Assembly (NCBI RefSeq): GCF_022045235.1
Contig: NW_027266273.1
Location: forward strand, 17,608,001-17,672,000
From: Haliotis cracherodii
Lineage: Eukaryota
Length of the DNA: 64,000 nt
Reading direction: 5' to 3'
In this document: positions 11,971-24,702 of the stretch, piece after piece
Layout of the letters: each line of letters opens with the position of its first letter
Numbering within the stretch: the first letter of the stretch is position 1
Program-made: the position numbers and the translations under genes
Notes under the pieces: generated by a model
Told to the model about the DNA's origin: nothing
Database searches by the model: none
What the model saw: the letters and a program-made list of their open reading frames with translations, nothing else

Positions 11971-14047
11971 TTTAGTATGGCTTGTCGTACTGGATAAAGG
12001 TGTCAGGCTCAAAACATTATTATGAAGTTTTCATATTATCAATTTGTGTTAAGGGTTGGCTAAAATGGGGTGTTCGTGTTAGTGTTCTGTGCATTGCCGA
12101 TTGCCTGACTTGCCCCCGCCATGACGTGGATGGTTGCTCATGGTTTCAAACACTGGTCGGCGTGACATAGTTTGAATGTTGATTCTCAAGATCCCCCAAG
12201 ACATTAACTTGTCGAATGACCCTGCCTCATTTGTAAAACGGAATTTAACATCACGTTTAGGGTATGCACAAGCTAAGTATATGTCATTCATTGTTCCGTT
12301 TACTGACTTGACAAGCAGCCTATTGTGACGTTTCATATATGAGATTGAATGTTACACGGCTGATCTGTAACCTACGTGAATGGAATCTTCACAAGCATAG
12401 GACTATTCCAAGCCGACACAGTGCTGCCGTTGAGTAGCAGGTAGATATAGCGTTTTGGCCCAGGCCCTTCAATGTCGCCATAACACGGCGTGCAAGCAGA
12501 AGGGGTTGTTAGATGGCAATAAAAAAGACATCTATCATGTCCTTGGTAAATGTTTTGGAGTTGCATCGATACTCAAATGTAATCCTGAAATTACAATATT
12601 TGCTAAAAGGAGTGAATGAATGTTGTTCGCCAAAGCCAGCAACATACAAGCCAAATTACAACCTCACGTACACACTAGTCAACCAGTGGTTGATAACATG
12701 ACCAACTATACACGCCTTTATAATTCTAACCATCCATTCCTCATTCATGGCCCTCATGGCGAAGCTGCCCAGCAATGCCCATGGGGTTCACATCCTTCGG
12801 AAATAACACTGTAGCATTTTGGGACCGATCACAACAGGGGCTTGGCTTCCTATTTTGTTTTGTTAGATTCAAAACAAGCAATTGTTTTCAAAGATTCAAA
12901 ACAAGCAATTGTTTTCTCTGAAAGCAGTAAAACACTCATTTTTATGGACCTACAACACAAATGTTCAGGAAATCCAGTAAACAGTTAGTTTCGTGAAAAA
13001 TAATTTAGGTCCAGTATTTTCAGGAATACGGCATTTTTTCAAGGAATTCCCAGCTCCGATTAATTTTCCCAACACTCGATGGTTAGTAACGGTAAACACG
13101 AAATCGATTCCTTTGACGTAGCCATATACTTAAATCTCGGTCTAAGCCAAGCCAAGGTGTATGATAAAGGTGTAATATCAACTACACTTTCCAATGCAGA
13201 TAGATCTTCACTAGTACTCTCGATAGCTAGACTTCAGCAATTCTATGATAATTCTGTTATACCCTCGTGAATATTTGATGAGCGAACAATTTAACTGCCT
13301 TTTCTATTCATGGCTTGCAAAATTATGCGTCCATAGTTAACAATGACCGGAAAGTTCACTTCAATGCTGAGCCTTTATGTTCACTGTTAAAAGGATCGAA
13401 AGTCCCTCTACCTTTGGATAATCACTGAATGCAGAAAATAAGAAAACAACTGATGGCGAAACTAAATTTGGTTTCTACTTTATATGAACGTTGGCTCTCT
13501 CTGACACATGCCTCCTTTCAATCTGACGCCTTAGTACTAGTGGCGCACGACAAATACCATTGAATCAATGTCAGGGACGTGATCACTTAATGGCTAGATA
13601 CATTGAGAGATATAATTTACGCTCATATTGATAGTCTCGACGTATTCGCTGAAAAGCCTTGCTTCAGCGTTTGCATAATAACTGAACATATTACTTCCAC
13701 ATTTAACTGTCGCTTCTGTATAACAATACACTGTATTGTAACTAATGGTATTCTATAGCTCGCTGTGCAGCTATGAAGAAACTATCAACATACATTAGGA
13801 GATTGAGTTGTGTTTGTGAGTGCCATTTACACCAGCAACGGAGAGACAGACACAACGTGAGTGACTAGTTATCGAGCGCAAAGGGTGAGTTCGTTGATTG
13901 CTCTGTGTGCTGGTATAGTGTTAGTGAAGGTAAATGTTACACCACTGGCCACTGGCCAGGGTTACAAGAATGCCAAATAGCAAAGTCGATGTTTCACTAA
14001 AAAACATATTCTGACGTGGTCTGACGTTTGTTTCGTTTACCGCATGT

Positions 14048-14335
14048 AATGGCGTTTAACGTCGCGTTCACGATTATTGCGATTATATCGCGATGTGCAT
14101 GCACGTGCGTGTGTGTCTGCTTGTCCTTGTCCGGACTGATGCCGATTTATAGTGCTAGCACACTGAGATACCATGCCGCAGTTTAACATGAATACCCCAC
14201 TCAGACACAGTATACTGACTCCGAGCCGACAAGTCCTTGTTTTAGCCCCTTTATGCCGAGCGCCAGGCATGGTAACAAGGGTACCATCTTATGACGTCTT
14301 TCGGTATGACGCGGCCGGGGATCGTACCCCAGACC
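14048..14335 (-). mobile_element. SINE family A (diverged)
   Basis: Reverse complement of the 3546-3882 body. Confidence 0.8.
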
Positions 14336-14623
14336 ACGGAGACGATCTCAGGTTCTGCTCCATATCAAATTCCAAATTCTTTTGATGTAATGAACCTTGA
14401 AAAACTTATATGCGTAAGTATTTCCAAAACGTCTGTTGTCATGTGACATATCGGGCACGAGTGGCCAACTGGTCAGCGCCGTCATGCCAAGACACGATGA
14501 TCTTGGGTTCGAATCCCACTTTGGCCCGATTATAATAATGATGTGAAACACCCTAATTTCATAATTTAATGGTTGACCATGATAAAAACTACAAACTCCT
14601 TTTCTTTCAGATAAAACGTTTCC

Positions 14624-16750
14624 ATGGCAGCAATTGAAATGGACACAGTGGCGGGCCTAACGGGGTTCACAGACGCGATGAAATGCGTGTTTAATCTCCA
14701 CAAGCAGTACAAGGCGAAACTGGCTGCCAGAACAGACTCTTCATGGAACAATGAGTCGGTTGTCAGGGAAATCGCCACGGGGCTAACTCCCGAACATATG
14801 CTGATGTTCAACTCCAAGAACAGTAAAGGGAATACAGTGCTGCACTGTATAGCGGTGTACACTAAGAAACAACCCCAATCACAGAAGCTGCTGGAGCTGT
14901 TTGATCTTGTCATCCTATTGTCACCCTTCTGGTGGCGTCAGGAGAATGAGCTGCAGGCCCCTGAGGATGACAAAACACTTCAACGTTACAAGCGGGATGC
15001 TGTTCGTTTTTTAACCACGTCATTAAAGAATGGTGACCAGCTGTCTGTTCTTGAGTTGGCGTTCCAAATAGGGGCTACATCAATAGTAGAGAAACTGATG
15101 AAGATGGAACAGGTGACGTGTTCACACAAGATGTACGTCAAGGACGTCTCTTACAGATGGTATGACATTACCCATATCACTCCTCAGACAAGCATACAGA
15201 CAGGCACGGAAGCCAATCAGTGCTGTTTGGAAGGGCTAGTTTCACACTTACCGGACACTACAAATGACATACTGAACTTGCCACCTGTGCAGAAGATCGA
15301 ACAGATGTACAGCTCAGTCGCAGCTAAGATATACGCTGTTATCACATTAGTGCATGTCCTGTACATGACAGCATTTAGTGCTATCTGTTGCTTGTTGATG
15401 GAAAGAAGACAAACAGTTGACAAGGAGCCCATTCGAACAGTATTAGCCTTCTACTCCGTAGGTTTGATTGAACCCATATTAATAATCGCGTACTGGCTCC
15501 ATCGGATGTACAAGAATGTCGACTGCCGACCACGGTGCTGTTGCATGACCTGTTTCCACTTTTCCAAACCTAATACAGAGGTGACCTTGGTCTACGTCCT
15601 CAAGGCTTTTGCATGGCCAATCTGCTACATGACATTTGTATGCTTAGTACTTGCGTTTATGATCACGTTTTTGATCCAAGGATCCGGTGGAATACATTAT
15701 CTGATGTCTGTGACACTATTGTATGGTTGGTTGCTAACGTTTGCCTTTGCTAAAGGAATAAGGGGAGTTCGCTTCTTCCTCAACGTTATGTTTAAAGAAA
15801 TCCTTTTGGATGTGGTGAAGGTCATTTTGGTCTATGTGGTCTTTCTACTGGGGTTTGCTCTGGCCCTGCACTCACAGTTCTTGGATGCCCCGAACACAGT
15901 AGCGAAGTACAGAACACCTCTCCAAACGATGTTCCTTCTCTTTAACGTCATGCTGGGGATAACGGAAATGTGGGATGGAAATATAGAGGGACAACTAGAG
16001 GCTAGTGGAACGGCACCTGTATTCAGTCAACTCTTGTACAGTGGCTATATTGTGCTTGTAACCATCTTGCTGTTGAACCTTCTGATAGCCATGATGGTTA
16101 AATCCTACACCAGTGCCAACTACGAACACCCAGTGTCGTGGAAAGTGGAAAGCATCCAACTCGGACTGATGGTTGAGAATGCCGCCCCTTGGCTGTCGAG
16201 GCTGCTTGGTACAGGGTCCATTCATTCTGGGAGGGTCTTCGACGACGACACAGATCCGGATTTGCACGTATGGTACATTCAAGTGGGACACGAGAAGAGC
16301 GACTACAGAACCACGGGCAGGCGTCCTGAAAGATATGCTGTGACGCATGTCGAGGACAAGAGCGAATGTTTAACCTGTAAACGCCGTGGTGGAGGGAGCA
16401 ATTCGGAAGACTATGACAGACTCAGAGACAACATTGAAGCACTAGCGCACATTATGAATACCAGTACATCGGAGCTTGAAAACACGGTGAATAGCAGAAT
16501 ATCCTCTACAAAAAAATCGGTACATAAAACCAGAAAACTGGTTGTGGATGATGTTCAAAAATTGAATCAAAGGTTTTCGAATCTTGCTGAGAGTGTTGAG
16601 AATGCATTGACAAGAATCGCCGATATACAGGCGACATTGAAAAAACAAGCAGTACATAAGAAACAAGCAGAAACGAAGGTTGCCGTTACACCATCAGTCA
16701 CAAGTGAGGGAAAAACAGAGCCAAACAATGCCGCAAATGCTTGGACATGA
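14624..16750 (+). CDS. TRPV-like cation channel, paralog 2 (708 aa, single coding exon)
   Basis: NSKGNTVLHCIA ankyrin, YDITHITP linker, 6 TM, pore TMFLLFNVMLGITEMWDG, S6 YIVLVTILLLNLLIAMM, WKVESIQ TRP-box, C-terminal coiled coil. Acceptor tttctttcag at 14610 is followed by an in-frame TAA, so ATG 14624 is the start. Confidence 0.93.
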   Translation: MAAIEMDTVAGLTGFTDAMKCVFNLHKQYKAKLAARTDSSWNNESVVREIATGLTPEHMLMFNSKNSKGNTVLHCIAVYTKKQPQSQKLLELFDLVILLSPFWWRQENELQAPEDDKTLQRYKRDAVRFLTTSLKNGDQLSVLELAFQIGATSIVEKLMKMEQVTCSHKMYVKDVSYRWYDITHITPQTSIQTGTEANQCCLEGLVSHLPDTTNDILNLPPVQKIEQMYSSVAAKIYAVITLVHVLYMTAFSAICCLLMERRQTVDKEPIRTVLAFYSVGLIEPILIIAYWLHRMYKNVDCRPRCCCMTCFHFSKPNTEVTLVYVLKAFAWPICYMTFVCLVLAFMITFLIQGSGGIHYLMSVTLLYGWLLTFAFAKGIRGVRFFLNVMFKEILLDVVKVILVYVVFLLGFALALHSQFLDAPNTVAKYRTPLQTMFLLFNVMLGITEMWDGNIEGQLEASGTAPVFSQLLYSGYIVLVTILLLNLLIAMMVKSYTSANYEHPVSWKVESIQLGLMVENAAPWLSRLLGTGSIHSGRVFDDDTDPDLHVWYIQVGHEKSDYRTTGRRPERYAVTHVEDKSECLTCKRRGGGSNSEDYDRLRDNIEALAHIMNTSTSELENTVNSRISSTKKSVHKTRKLVVDDVQKLNQRFSNLAESVENALTRIADIQATLKKQAVHKKQAETKVAVTPSVTSEGKTEPNNAANAWT

Positions 16751-16940
16751 AAACGTATTCGAGGTTTTCATCATCATATCTGCACATATGAGAGACTTGT
16801 TTGATGACTCTTTCGCTATGCTTTTATTTAATTATCTATGATTGAAGTAGTCAGTGATATAGCTAACTTCCAAGGCCATTGTTACCCGCAACGACAAAGT
16901 ACACGTGATACTGCTGCATACCATTTCTTCTAAAGAGAAG

Positions 16941-17098
16941 GGGCGGTCGGGTAGCCTAGTGGTTAAAGCGTTCGCTCGTCACGCCGAAAACCCGGGTTCG
17001 ATTCCCGACATGGGTACAAAGTGTGAAGCCCATGTCTGGTGTCCCCCGCCGTGATGTTGCTGGAATATTGCTATAAGCGGCGTAAAACCATACTCACT
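16941..17098 (+). mobile_element. SINE family B in the probable 3' UTR of TRP paralog 2
   Basis: Complete family B copy. Confidence 0.88.
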
Positions 17099-18339
17099 CT
17101 ATCTTCTACAAAGAAACTAAATAGGAAAGTAGTGACTTGTTATTCCCTTACTGACTGTGATACCACGAGACTGATATGGTTAACTTAGCCTTTATTTTGT
17201 AAACTATTTTCTTTCCCCGTGAAATGAAAAGAATGACACGAACTATTAATAATTGCTTTATTGATTCTTAATTTTGAAAAGGGTGTCATTATAGGATACA
17301 AAGTTTAAGAAAACTTTATGACCATAAATATTACATATTTTAGTTTTATTAATAGATACTTATATAGTGTGTGATCTAGTATAAAACCGACTGTATAAAG
17401 CATCATGCCATTATGGGAGCGTCAGAGTAGTTATAGTGGTAGTGAGAGGATATACTAAAGTATGTATCTTCATAACTACAGTGGCTATAGTTGGATCTGA
17501 ATTTTGCTATATATGTTGCTGTTTATGCTTGTTGCACTGTATAACAAAATAAACAATCTCATAAACATTGTTGGTATAGTGTTCTACTGATGTGGACAAT
17601 ATTTCCTTTTGATATGGATTTTATTAGCCAAAGGCCTTCCCAACCAGGGCTGTAAACAAAGCTCATGGAAGCTATCTTAAAACACCTTAATCTTCTCCAA
17701 TGAATAAAACTGGTTTTGATGACGATGCTGATCTGGATGAGATAATGTGAGCAATGTGCCTCTTAAGTACTTTTATCATTGTTTGTGATCTTACGAATTA
17801 TGAAGCTCTAGTATGTTTTCACGTGACATATATGATAGTTATGAAAACAAATCAAAGTCCCTGCCCGGAGACTCATTCTGTCAACCACTGGTTTAGCAGG
17901 CTAGACTAACGTTATTTACAGACCGATGAACATGAAACCCTCACTCACTCACTCACTCACTCACCCATCCACTCATTCACCCACCCACCCACTCACTCGC
18001 TCACCTGGCCGTGCTAACATACGGTTGTAAACTACCGCTAACGTTCCCACGACCTCCTGTTTTCATAACCTGAATGGTTAAATCTCCAACTTGGGAACTA
18101 TTTACGTTCTTACACTTGCAAATCCGATCTCAAGATTTCTCTAGATTAACATAGCAGTTTTCAGGTGGTATAAATACAACCATTATTTTGTACAAGCGAT
18201 TTATAACTTCAATTCATTGAGACTTGAATGAGAGCCTGAATGAAATGTAAGCCTGCTGTTATATTCAAGGCAAGTGCGTGAATGTCATATCTGTCAATGG
18301 TCGTTTACTGATTCGGCCTTCTGTTGATAGTTCATGATC

Positions 18340-18512
18340 ATACACGCATACACATACACATACAGAATACACGCACGCACGCAACACGCACACACGCACA
18401 CACTTATTTATACACACATAAATGCATGCAGGCAGACACACATACCGATATACGCATGCAGACACACGCACACGCACACGCACACGCACACGCACACGCA
18501 CGCACACACACA
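18340..18512. repeat. (CA)/(CACACG)n microsatellite
   Basis: Directly visible. Confidence 0.9.
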
Positions 18513-19000
18513 TGTAATTGGTTAATACTATCCAGTGTGTGGCATTTCACGGTATTGTCATGGTACTTTTGTCCTACCCTCCGACAACAATGATATTACA
18601 CAAGTATTGGTACATCAGTGATTGATAATGACATTTATTTATAAACATCAATGAAGCAATAGGGGGCCCAAGTCTGAAATTCGCTCCGCAGAGTTGCACC
18701 CCTTGGGTGTGCTAGGATCCTGTAATTGTAGGTTCGAATCCCAGAGTCGGTCTGATTGTGATCCTTGGTTTGCGCCAAGTAGAATCTATTTCGACAGAAA
18801 ATCTAGTCTTGTTATTCTCTTGCATTGACAATTTATATATATTTGTGATCAACAAACCCGTTATCCTCCAATACATGTCTCACTTAAGGCTTTCTTCAAA
18901 TAACTGTAATAAGATACAAAACTTTCACTCAGACATAATACGATGTAAACGGCTAAATTAGCGTGACAAGATCTGAAAAATGTTTTGCCGATGTAAAATT

Positions 19001-19250
19001 TTGTTTGTTTGTTTGTTGTATAACGCCCTCAGCAATATTACAGCTATATTACGGCGGTCAGTAAATAATCGAGTCTTGGCCAGACAATCCAGTGATTGAC
19101 ATCATGAGCATCGATCCACACAATTGGGATGCGATGACATGCATCAACCAAGTCAGCGAGCCTGACCACCCGATCCCGTTAGTCGCCTCTTACAACAAGC
19201 ATAGTCGCCTTTTACGGCAAGCATGGGTTGCTGAAGACCTATTCTACCCC
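19001..19250 (-). mobile_element. SINE family D
   Basis: Matches family consensus. Confidence 0.85.
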
Positions 19251-19360
19251 GCGATGTAAAATTGTTTTAGCAAATGTCTTTTTTTCACTTGGGTACTGTA
19301 CAACCCCAGATAGGGTTATATTAAATTTAGTAAACACAGGCAGTACTGATACTGTACCGT

Positions 19361-19519
19361 TGGTCGGGTAGCCTAGTGATTAAAGCTTTCGCTCGTCACG
19401 CAGAAGACCCGGGTTCGATTCCCGACATGGGTACATTGTGTGAAGCCCATTTCTGGTGTCCCCCGCCGTGATATTGCAGGAATATTGCTAAAAGCGGCGT
19501 AAAACCATACTCACTCACT
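19361..19519 (+). mobile_element. SINE family B
   Basis: Flanking repeat actgtaccgttggtc. Confidence 0.85.
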
Positions 19520-19888
19520 GTACCGTTGGTCCGGTTAGAGGTGACGAAATGAGGATCGAGGGAACACCATGTGTGCCTGGCCTGATTGCGTGTAATCACA
19601 ATCTGACAATATGGTGTTGCTAATGCGTTCAACCTCGTGCACTGATTACCTGGTCCAAACTCGATCGTTAATATGCCGCTGTCGTATAGGTAATGTATTG
19701 CGACGTGAAACAATTCATTACGCATTCGCTAGTCTGGAATCAGTTTGTTGAGGTAGATGGATTTTACGCCGCTTCCTCTAGCCTTTTCACGACCGCAAAC
19801 AAAGCATTCGTAATATACGTACATTATATCTAAATGAAGTTTTCTGTTCAATCAAGGATTTCCTGGAAATATATATTGGTCATTTATA

Positions 19889-20160
19889 GTGAGTGAGTTG
19901 GGTTTAACGCCGCTTTAACAGTAGTATAGTTATATCGCGGCGTGTCAGCTTAATGTGGGAGGAAAGCCCGAAGTGATGCAGGTCTCAGACGTTTATCACT
20001 CCGGTGAAACCCACGAGCACGGGTATGGGGCTGACAAAACTAGAAACATAATCGGGGCGAACCGGGATTCGAACCCACAATCATAGGTTTCTGGCGTGCC
20101 CAAGGGACGCAACTCTGCACAGCGAATCGCGGCGCACTGGACGACTGGACCACTCGTGCC
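19889..20160 (-). mobile_element. SINE family C
   Basis: Matches 8324-8600. Confidence 0.85.
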
Positions 20161-20450
20161 CACCACTAAAACGAAATCACGACACAATTGAATTGATATG
20201 AAGAACAACGAAGTGTTTATTTTCTACACAATGACCGCCATGATACGGTATAGGACTCAAGTACCGTTATACAACGACTGCATGGCACAGACGCAGGGAA
20301 CAATACCTGAGGTGGGTGAAGATACATAATAATGTAACATCAATGTAACATCACCCCATCCTCTCATTACAAAGACTCGTCTGTGTCCAAAACCTCCCGG
20401 AGTGTCCCAGTGACTATAGGAACCAGAGTATGTTCGGGCGCGGTGAACTA

Positions 20451-20994
20451 CATCTTCCCGAGGCAAGAGAGTTAACTGACTTTAAAAGTCCATTTTCTAC
20501 CCTAGCCGATCAAGGCTGGAATTACTGGGCTCGATCGTAGCGCCACCAGTGGCTGTTGCCAGTTATGTCCCTTCTAAGCCTCTCCTATGGGCCAATCAGA
20601 TTCCACCTCTCGTATCACTTACGTTTGCTTCACACAAAATGGTGGCGCCCAGTCAGGACGATCTGATCTATAATCAAGATCTATATTGTGATAAAACGGG
20701 TCTTACATCGTGAAATGCATCAAATCACGTGAGCACCTTGATTAAAAACAGGAAAAGATTTGGAAAATATCTGCTGACAACGAGTTGGCGGTGCACATGC
20801 TTTGCAAATTCTGCAATCGATCGAAATCTACATGACAGTTTACGAACCGGATTTCGATTTCGTTGCGCGATTTTGATGGGACTACGCATAGACTCGTTAG
20901 TCCAGCCATAATGTAACTCCATAATACCAGCCTAGTTCGGCAAGGGTGGAAATGGACTTTTGTAGTCAGTTAACTCTCTTGCCTCGGGAAGATG
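20451..20994. mobile_element. MITE family E (~540 bp, ~60-bp TIR, CAT...ATG termini)
   Basis: catcttcccgaggcaagagagttaactgac ... gtcagttaactctcttgcctcgggaagatg. Confidence 0.88.
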
Positions 20995-21828
20995 CTGTTG
21001 GGCAGGATACGCTCAGCTTTTCGCCAACACCTGCCATCACCACCAGTAAATAGTAATTCATACAGGCATGCTCATGATATAGTAGGATTCGTTCAATGGA
21101 CTCTGCTTTCAACAGATCGTCTAATGATTATGTAAAAGGTTTTCTCGCAGTTTACAATACTATTATGGCACTGCATTGGGAGTTTGAAATTACTCGTACC
21201 AACCACATTGCCTCGTTCTTACAGTTATTACTTAATATTGATGCAACATTTCACGTAATGTTACTGAAATAGGGCCGAGGTGCTGTTGTTCACCCGGTAT
21301 ATTCGGAGTGAGCGGAATCTGTAGTATGAACCCCAATGTTCGCCAGCAAGTAAGGAAAGTGTGGTTGATCACTGCGGTCTGGTTCATAAGAAATCTCTGC
21401 CAAAAGCAGAGTCGATTGTACGAATCCGAATCTCACCACATTTGGTAACGTTGTTTCTTAGATGATTTTATGTTCACATCATCGAAGTTGAGTGCAGATG
21501 ATCATGCGCATAAAGTTTCTGCTTGATCTCTGAAGTCTAACAAACGGCCAAAATTGGATTTGACTCAGATCTTACAAACGTTATCAAAACGTTACAAGGC
21601 TGAAAACAGTCGCCGAAACACTCAGTCTGCAAACATAAGGTCCAAAAGACAACTATGATACCCGTATCAAATACATCACCTTTGAAAAACCATTTCTTGT
21701 TTATCATTTTTTGCCACCATCAAACATGGGTGAATATTTTTTTGCCCTACAGTTTATCTCCAGTTCATAATAAACTAATTTAATTCCTCAAAGCATAAAA
21801 TAAAGGATTCTTTTGACTTTACAATCAT

Positions 21829-22060
21829 ATTTGTTATTTAACGCCGAACTCTTCCTAACATTCCTCTTATATGACAGCGGTCTGTAACAAATCGAATTTG
21901 GACCAGACAATCCAGTGATTGGCATCATGTGTTTCGATCTACGACGAAAGGACGACATGTATCATTCAAGTCAGCGAGCCTAGCCACCAGATCCCGTTAA
22001 TCGCCTCTAATGACAAGTATGGGTTGCCTAAGACCAATTCTAACCTGGATCTTCACGGGT
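21829..22060 (-). mobile_element. SINE family D (diverged)
   Basis: Similarity to family consensus. Confidence 0.75.
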
Positions 22061-22351
22061 CTTATACAAGAATGAATATTGATGTTAATGTTTCAGATTC
22101 TTAAACCTCTTGTTTTCTTAGGGGACGATTCTTAAAGATTCATGAATATTGATTTGATTTATTACAAAAAAATATATGTTCTATTTCAACGCCCTGAACT
22201 AATCTTAGTCATGTTATGTATGGGTCTGGGGATGTTACTTAAATTTCAGGTTAATTCCTTACGCCCATTAAGGAGAAGTGTGCGGAACGATGGTCGGTCG
22301 GTAAACTCGTCACGTCGTAGGCTAACTGGTGAGCTATAGATATGGAATTAA

Positions 22352-22512
22352 TGAGTGAGTATGGTTTTACGCCGCTTTTAGCAATATTCCAGCAATATCA
22401 CGTCGGGAGACACCAGAGATGGGCTTCACAAATTGTACACATGTGGGGAATCGAACCCGGGTCTTCTGCGTGACGAGGGAACGCTTTAACCACTAGGCTA
22501 CCCGACCGCCCC
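22352..22512 (-). mobile_element. SINE family B
   Basis: TSD tggaattaatgag. Confidence 0.88.
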
Positions 22513-22598
22513 TGGAATTAATGAGAACAAGGAGTGACAGACAACATATACAGACACACAGTGTTAAGTACTGAAGAAACACGCTCACTACTGTCGGA

Positions 22599-24669
22599 TC
22601 AACTTCTACGATTTGTGACCTTCACGTGACATGTCAAAGGAGCTCTTAAACGGCACGTGATTGTGACGTCATAGGACTTCTTGGATTCCACAGTGCATAG
22701 CCCGTACACATACGGCGGCTTGTCAAACATCCCAGAGTCCATGTATGCCTTGGCCATTCCGATAGACTCGGTAAACAGCACCTCGGGAAATAATTTCTGG
22801 AATTTCTGCAAACTGGTCACCACGTCTGACTCATGCTCCTTCACAGCAATCACTTCCAGCAATGTCTTCCTGTCGCCATCTCGTTTGCGTTCAATCGTGA
22901 AACCAGCACCTTTGGCTTTCTTGGTTCGGTACAAAGCTCGAACATGGCTGACACTTGAGATGTTCTGCATCTGTGCGATGTTGAAGGACAGCTCCGTATT
23001 TAGCATCTTTTGCAGTTTCGTATTTTCTATGTGAGAAAGTGTTAAACTCGTTATTCAAATGCAGAGTTAGGAAAGTGGCATGTTATTGTTTTAGCACAAT
23101 CTTGGTCAAACCAATGGATGTTACGTTCTTGTCGATAGTAAACCTAGGGCGTGTATGATTTAAGGTCGCCTTTAGCAATACCCCGTCTTTTCACGGCCGG
23201 GGGCACCAAGAAAGGGTGTGTTTGTTTGGTTTAACGCCGCACTCGTAAATATTCAAGCTAATCGAGTCTGAACCAGACAATCCAGTGATTGATATCATGA
23301 GCATCTATCTACGCAATTGGAATATGATGACATGCATCATCCAAGTCAGCGAGCCTGGCCACCCGATCCTGTTAGTCGTCTCTTACGACAAGAATAGTCG
23401 TCTTTTACGACAAGAGTGGGTTACTGAAGACGTATTCTACCCCGGATCTTCACGGGTCGAATCGAACCTTGTATTCGGCTTGGATAGCCAAGACTTTAAC
23501 CACTGTACTACCTCATCGTTCCAAATACGTCTCGAGTGCATGGAATTATGAAATAAAAAGAAACTCACTTTTCCCCGCAATGGAAAGTTCAATGGGATAG
23601 TGGTCGCTGACATCTTCGGCCTGAAACAATGACAAAGTACATAACGTTTTAAAAAACACAACGTAACACCTACTTTCGAACAAGTTTGGTAAAAATGTTG
23701 ACAGTTAATCATCGAAACAAGCGAGCCTGTTTGATACTACATAAACTATAAGCCGGAGGGAAACACTCACCTCTTCCTGGGAGAGACTGAACTCCGTGTC
23801 AAAGCGGAACACCTTGCAGCTGCCTGGAACTATGTTGGTCTTCAGCTGGTGCCCGGTCACGACAAACCTGAAGTACCAGTGACAAGGCGTGACAAGGTGT
23901 GACATATATACTTCATTGTGATATAGGGCTATCATATATCCCAACATTTGATCAGCAACCCATGCTTGCCGTAAAAGGCGACTATGCTTGTCGTAAGAGG
24001 CGACTAACGGGATTGGGTGGTCAGGCTCGCTGACTTGGTTGATGCATGTCATCGTATCCCAATTGCGTGGATCGATGCTCATGATATTTATCACTTGATT
24101 GTCTGGTCCAGGCGCGAATATTTATACAGACCGCTGGCATATAGCTTGAATATTGCTGAATGCGGCGTTAAACAACCAACCAACCCAACATTTGATTTGA
24201 TATGGGGATACGATATATCCCTACATTTGATGGCGATATGAGATTTATGACATTAATGTATCTCTTCACTTGATCGATGAAATCGGGGTACCATACCCCT
24301 CTACCTACACATACATAGTGCCATATCTCGACGTCCAGTATGGTAACGTGTAACACATTTTGAGTGGAGACATACAGTCTGAAAGTTTAAAAATATTTTG
24401 TCACGTATGTGAATTTATAAAGGTATTTGAAAGTTTCGTCTCTTCAGTTAGTAATAAGGCAATGTTTATTATATATTTTCTTGAACACAGATAACCATAA
24501 CTAACATTACAGATGCTGTGAATTTGAAATGTAGAATCCGTGTATCCAAATGTATGTTTGTAAAAGTAGATTTCAGAATTACCCTTTGGCAGTTGTAAAA
24601 TAAATATACTGCCGGACAAAAGAAAGTATACACCTTTTTTTTATTGTGGCTAAAATGACATGCTTATTC

Positions 24670-24702
<33 letters not shown>

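Noticed and set aside
14566-16666. Antisense ORFs over TRP2, and likewise 22681-23034, 41290-41748 and 59858-60187
   Set aside because: Shadows of real coding sequence on the opposite strand
5607-16750. TIR-TRP fusion protein by splicing
   Set aside because: The acceptor at 14610 is followed by a TAA in the channel frame before the ATG, and the TIR tail exon has its own stop at 10890
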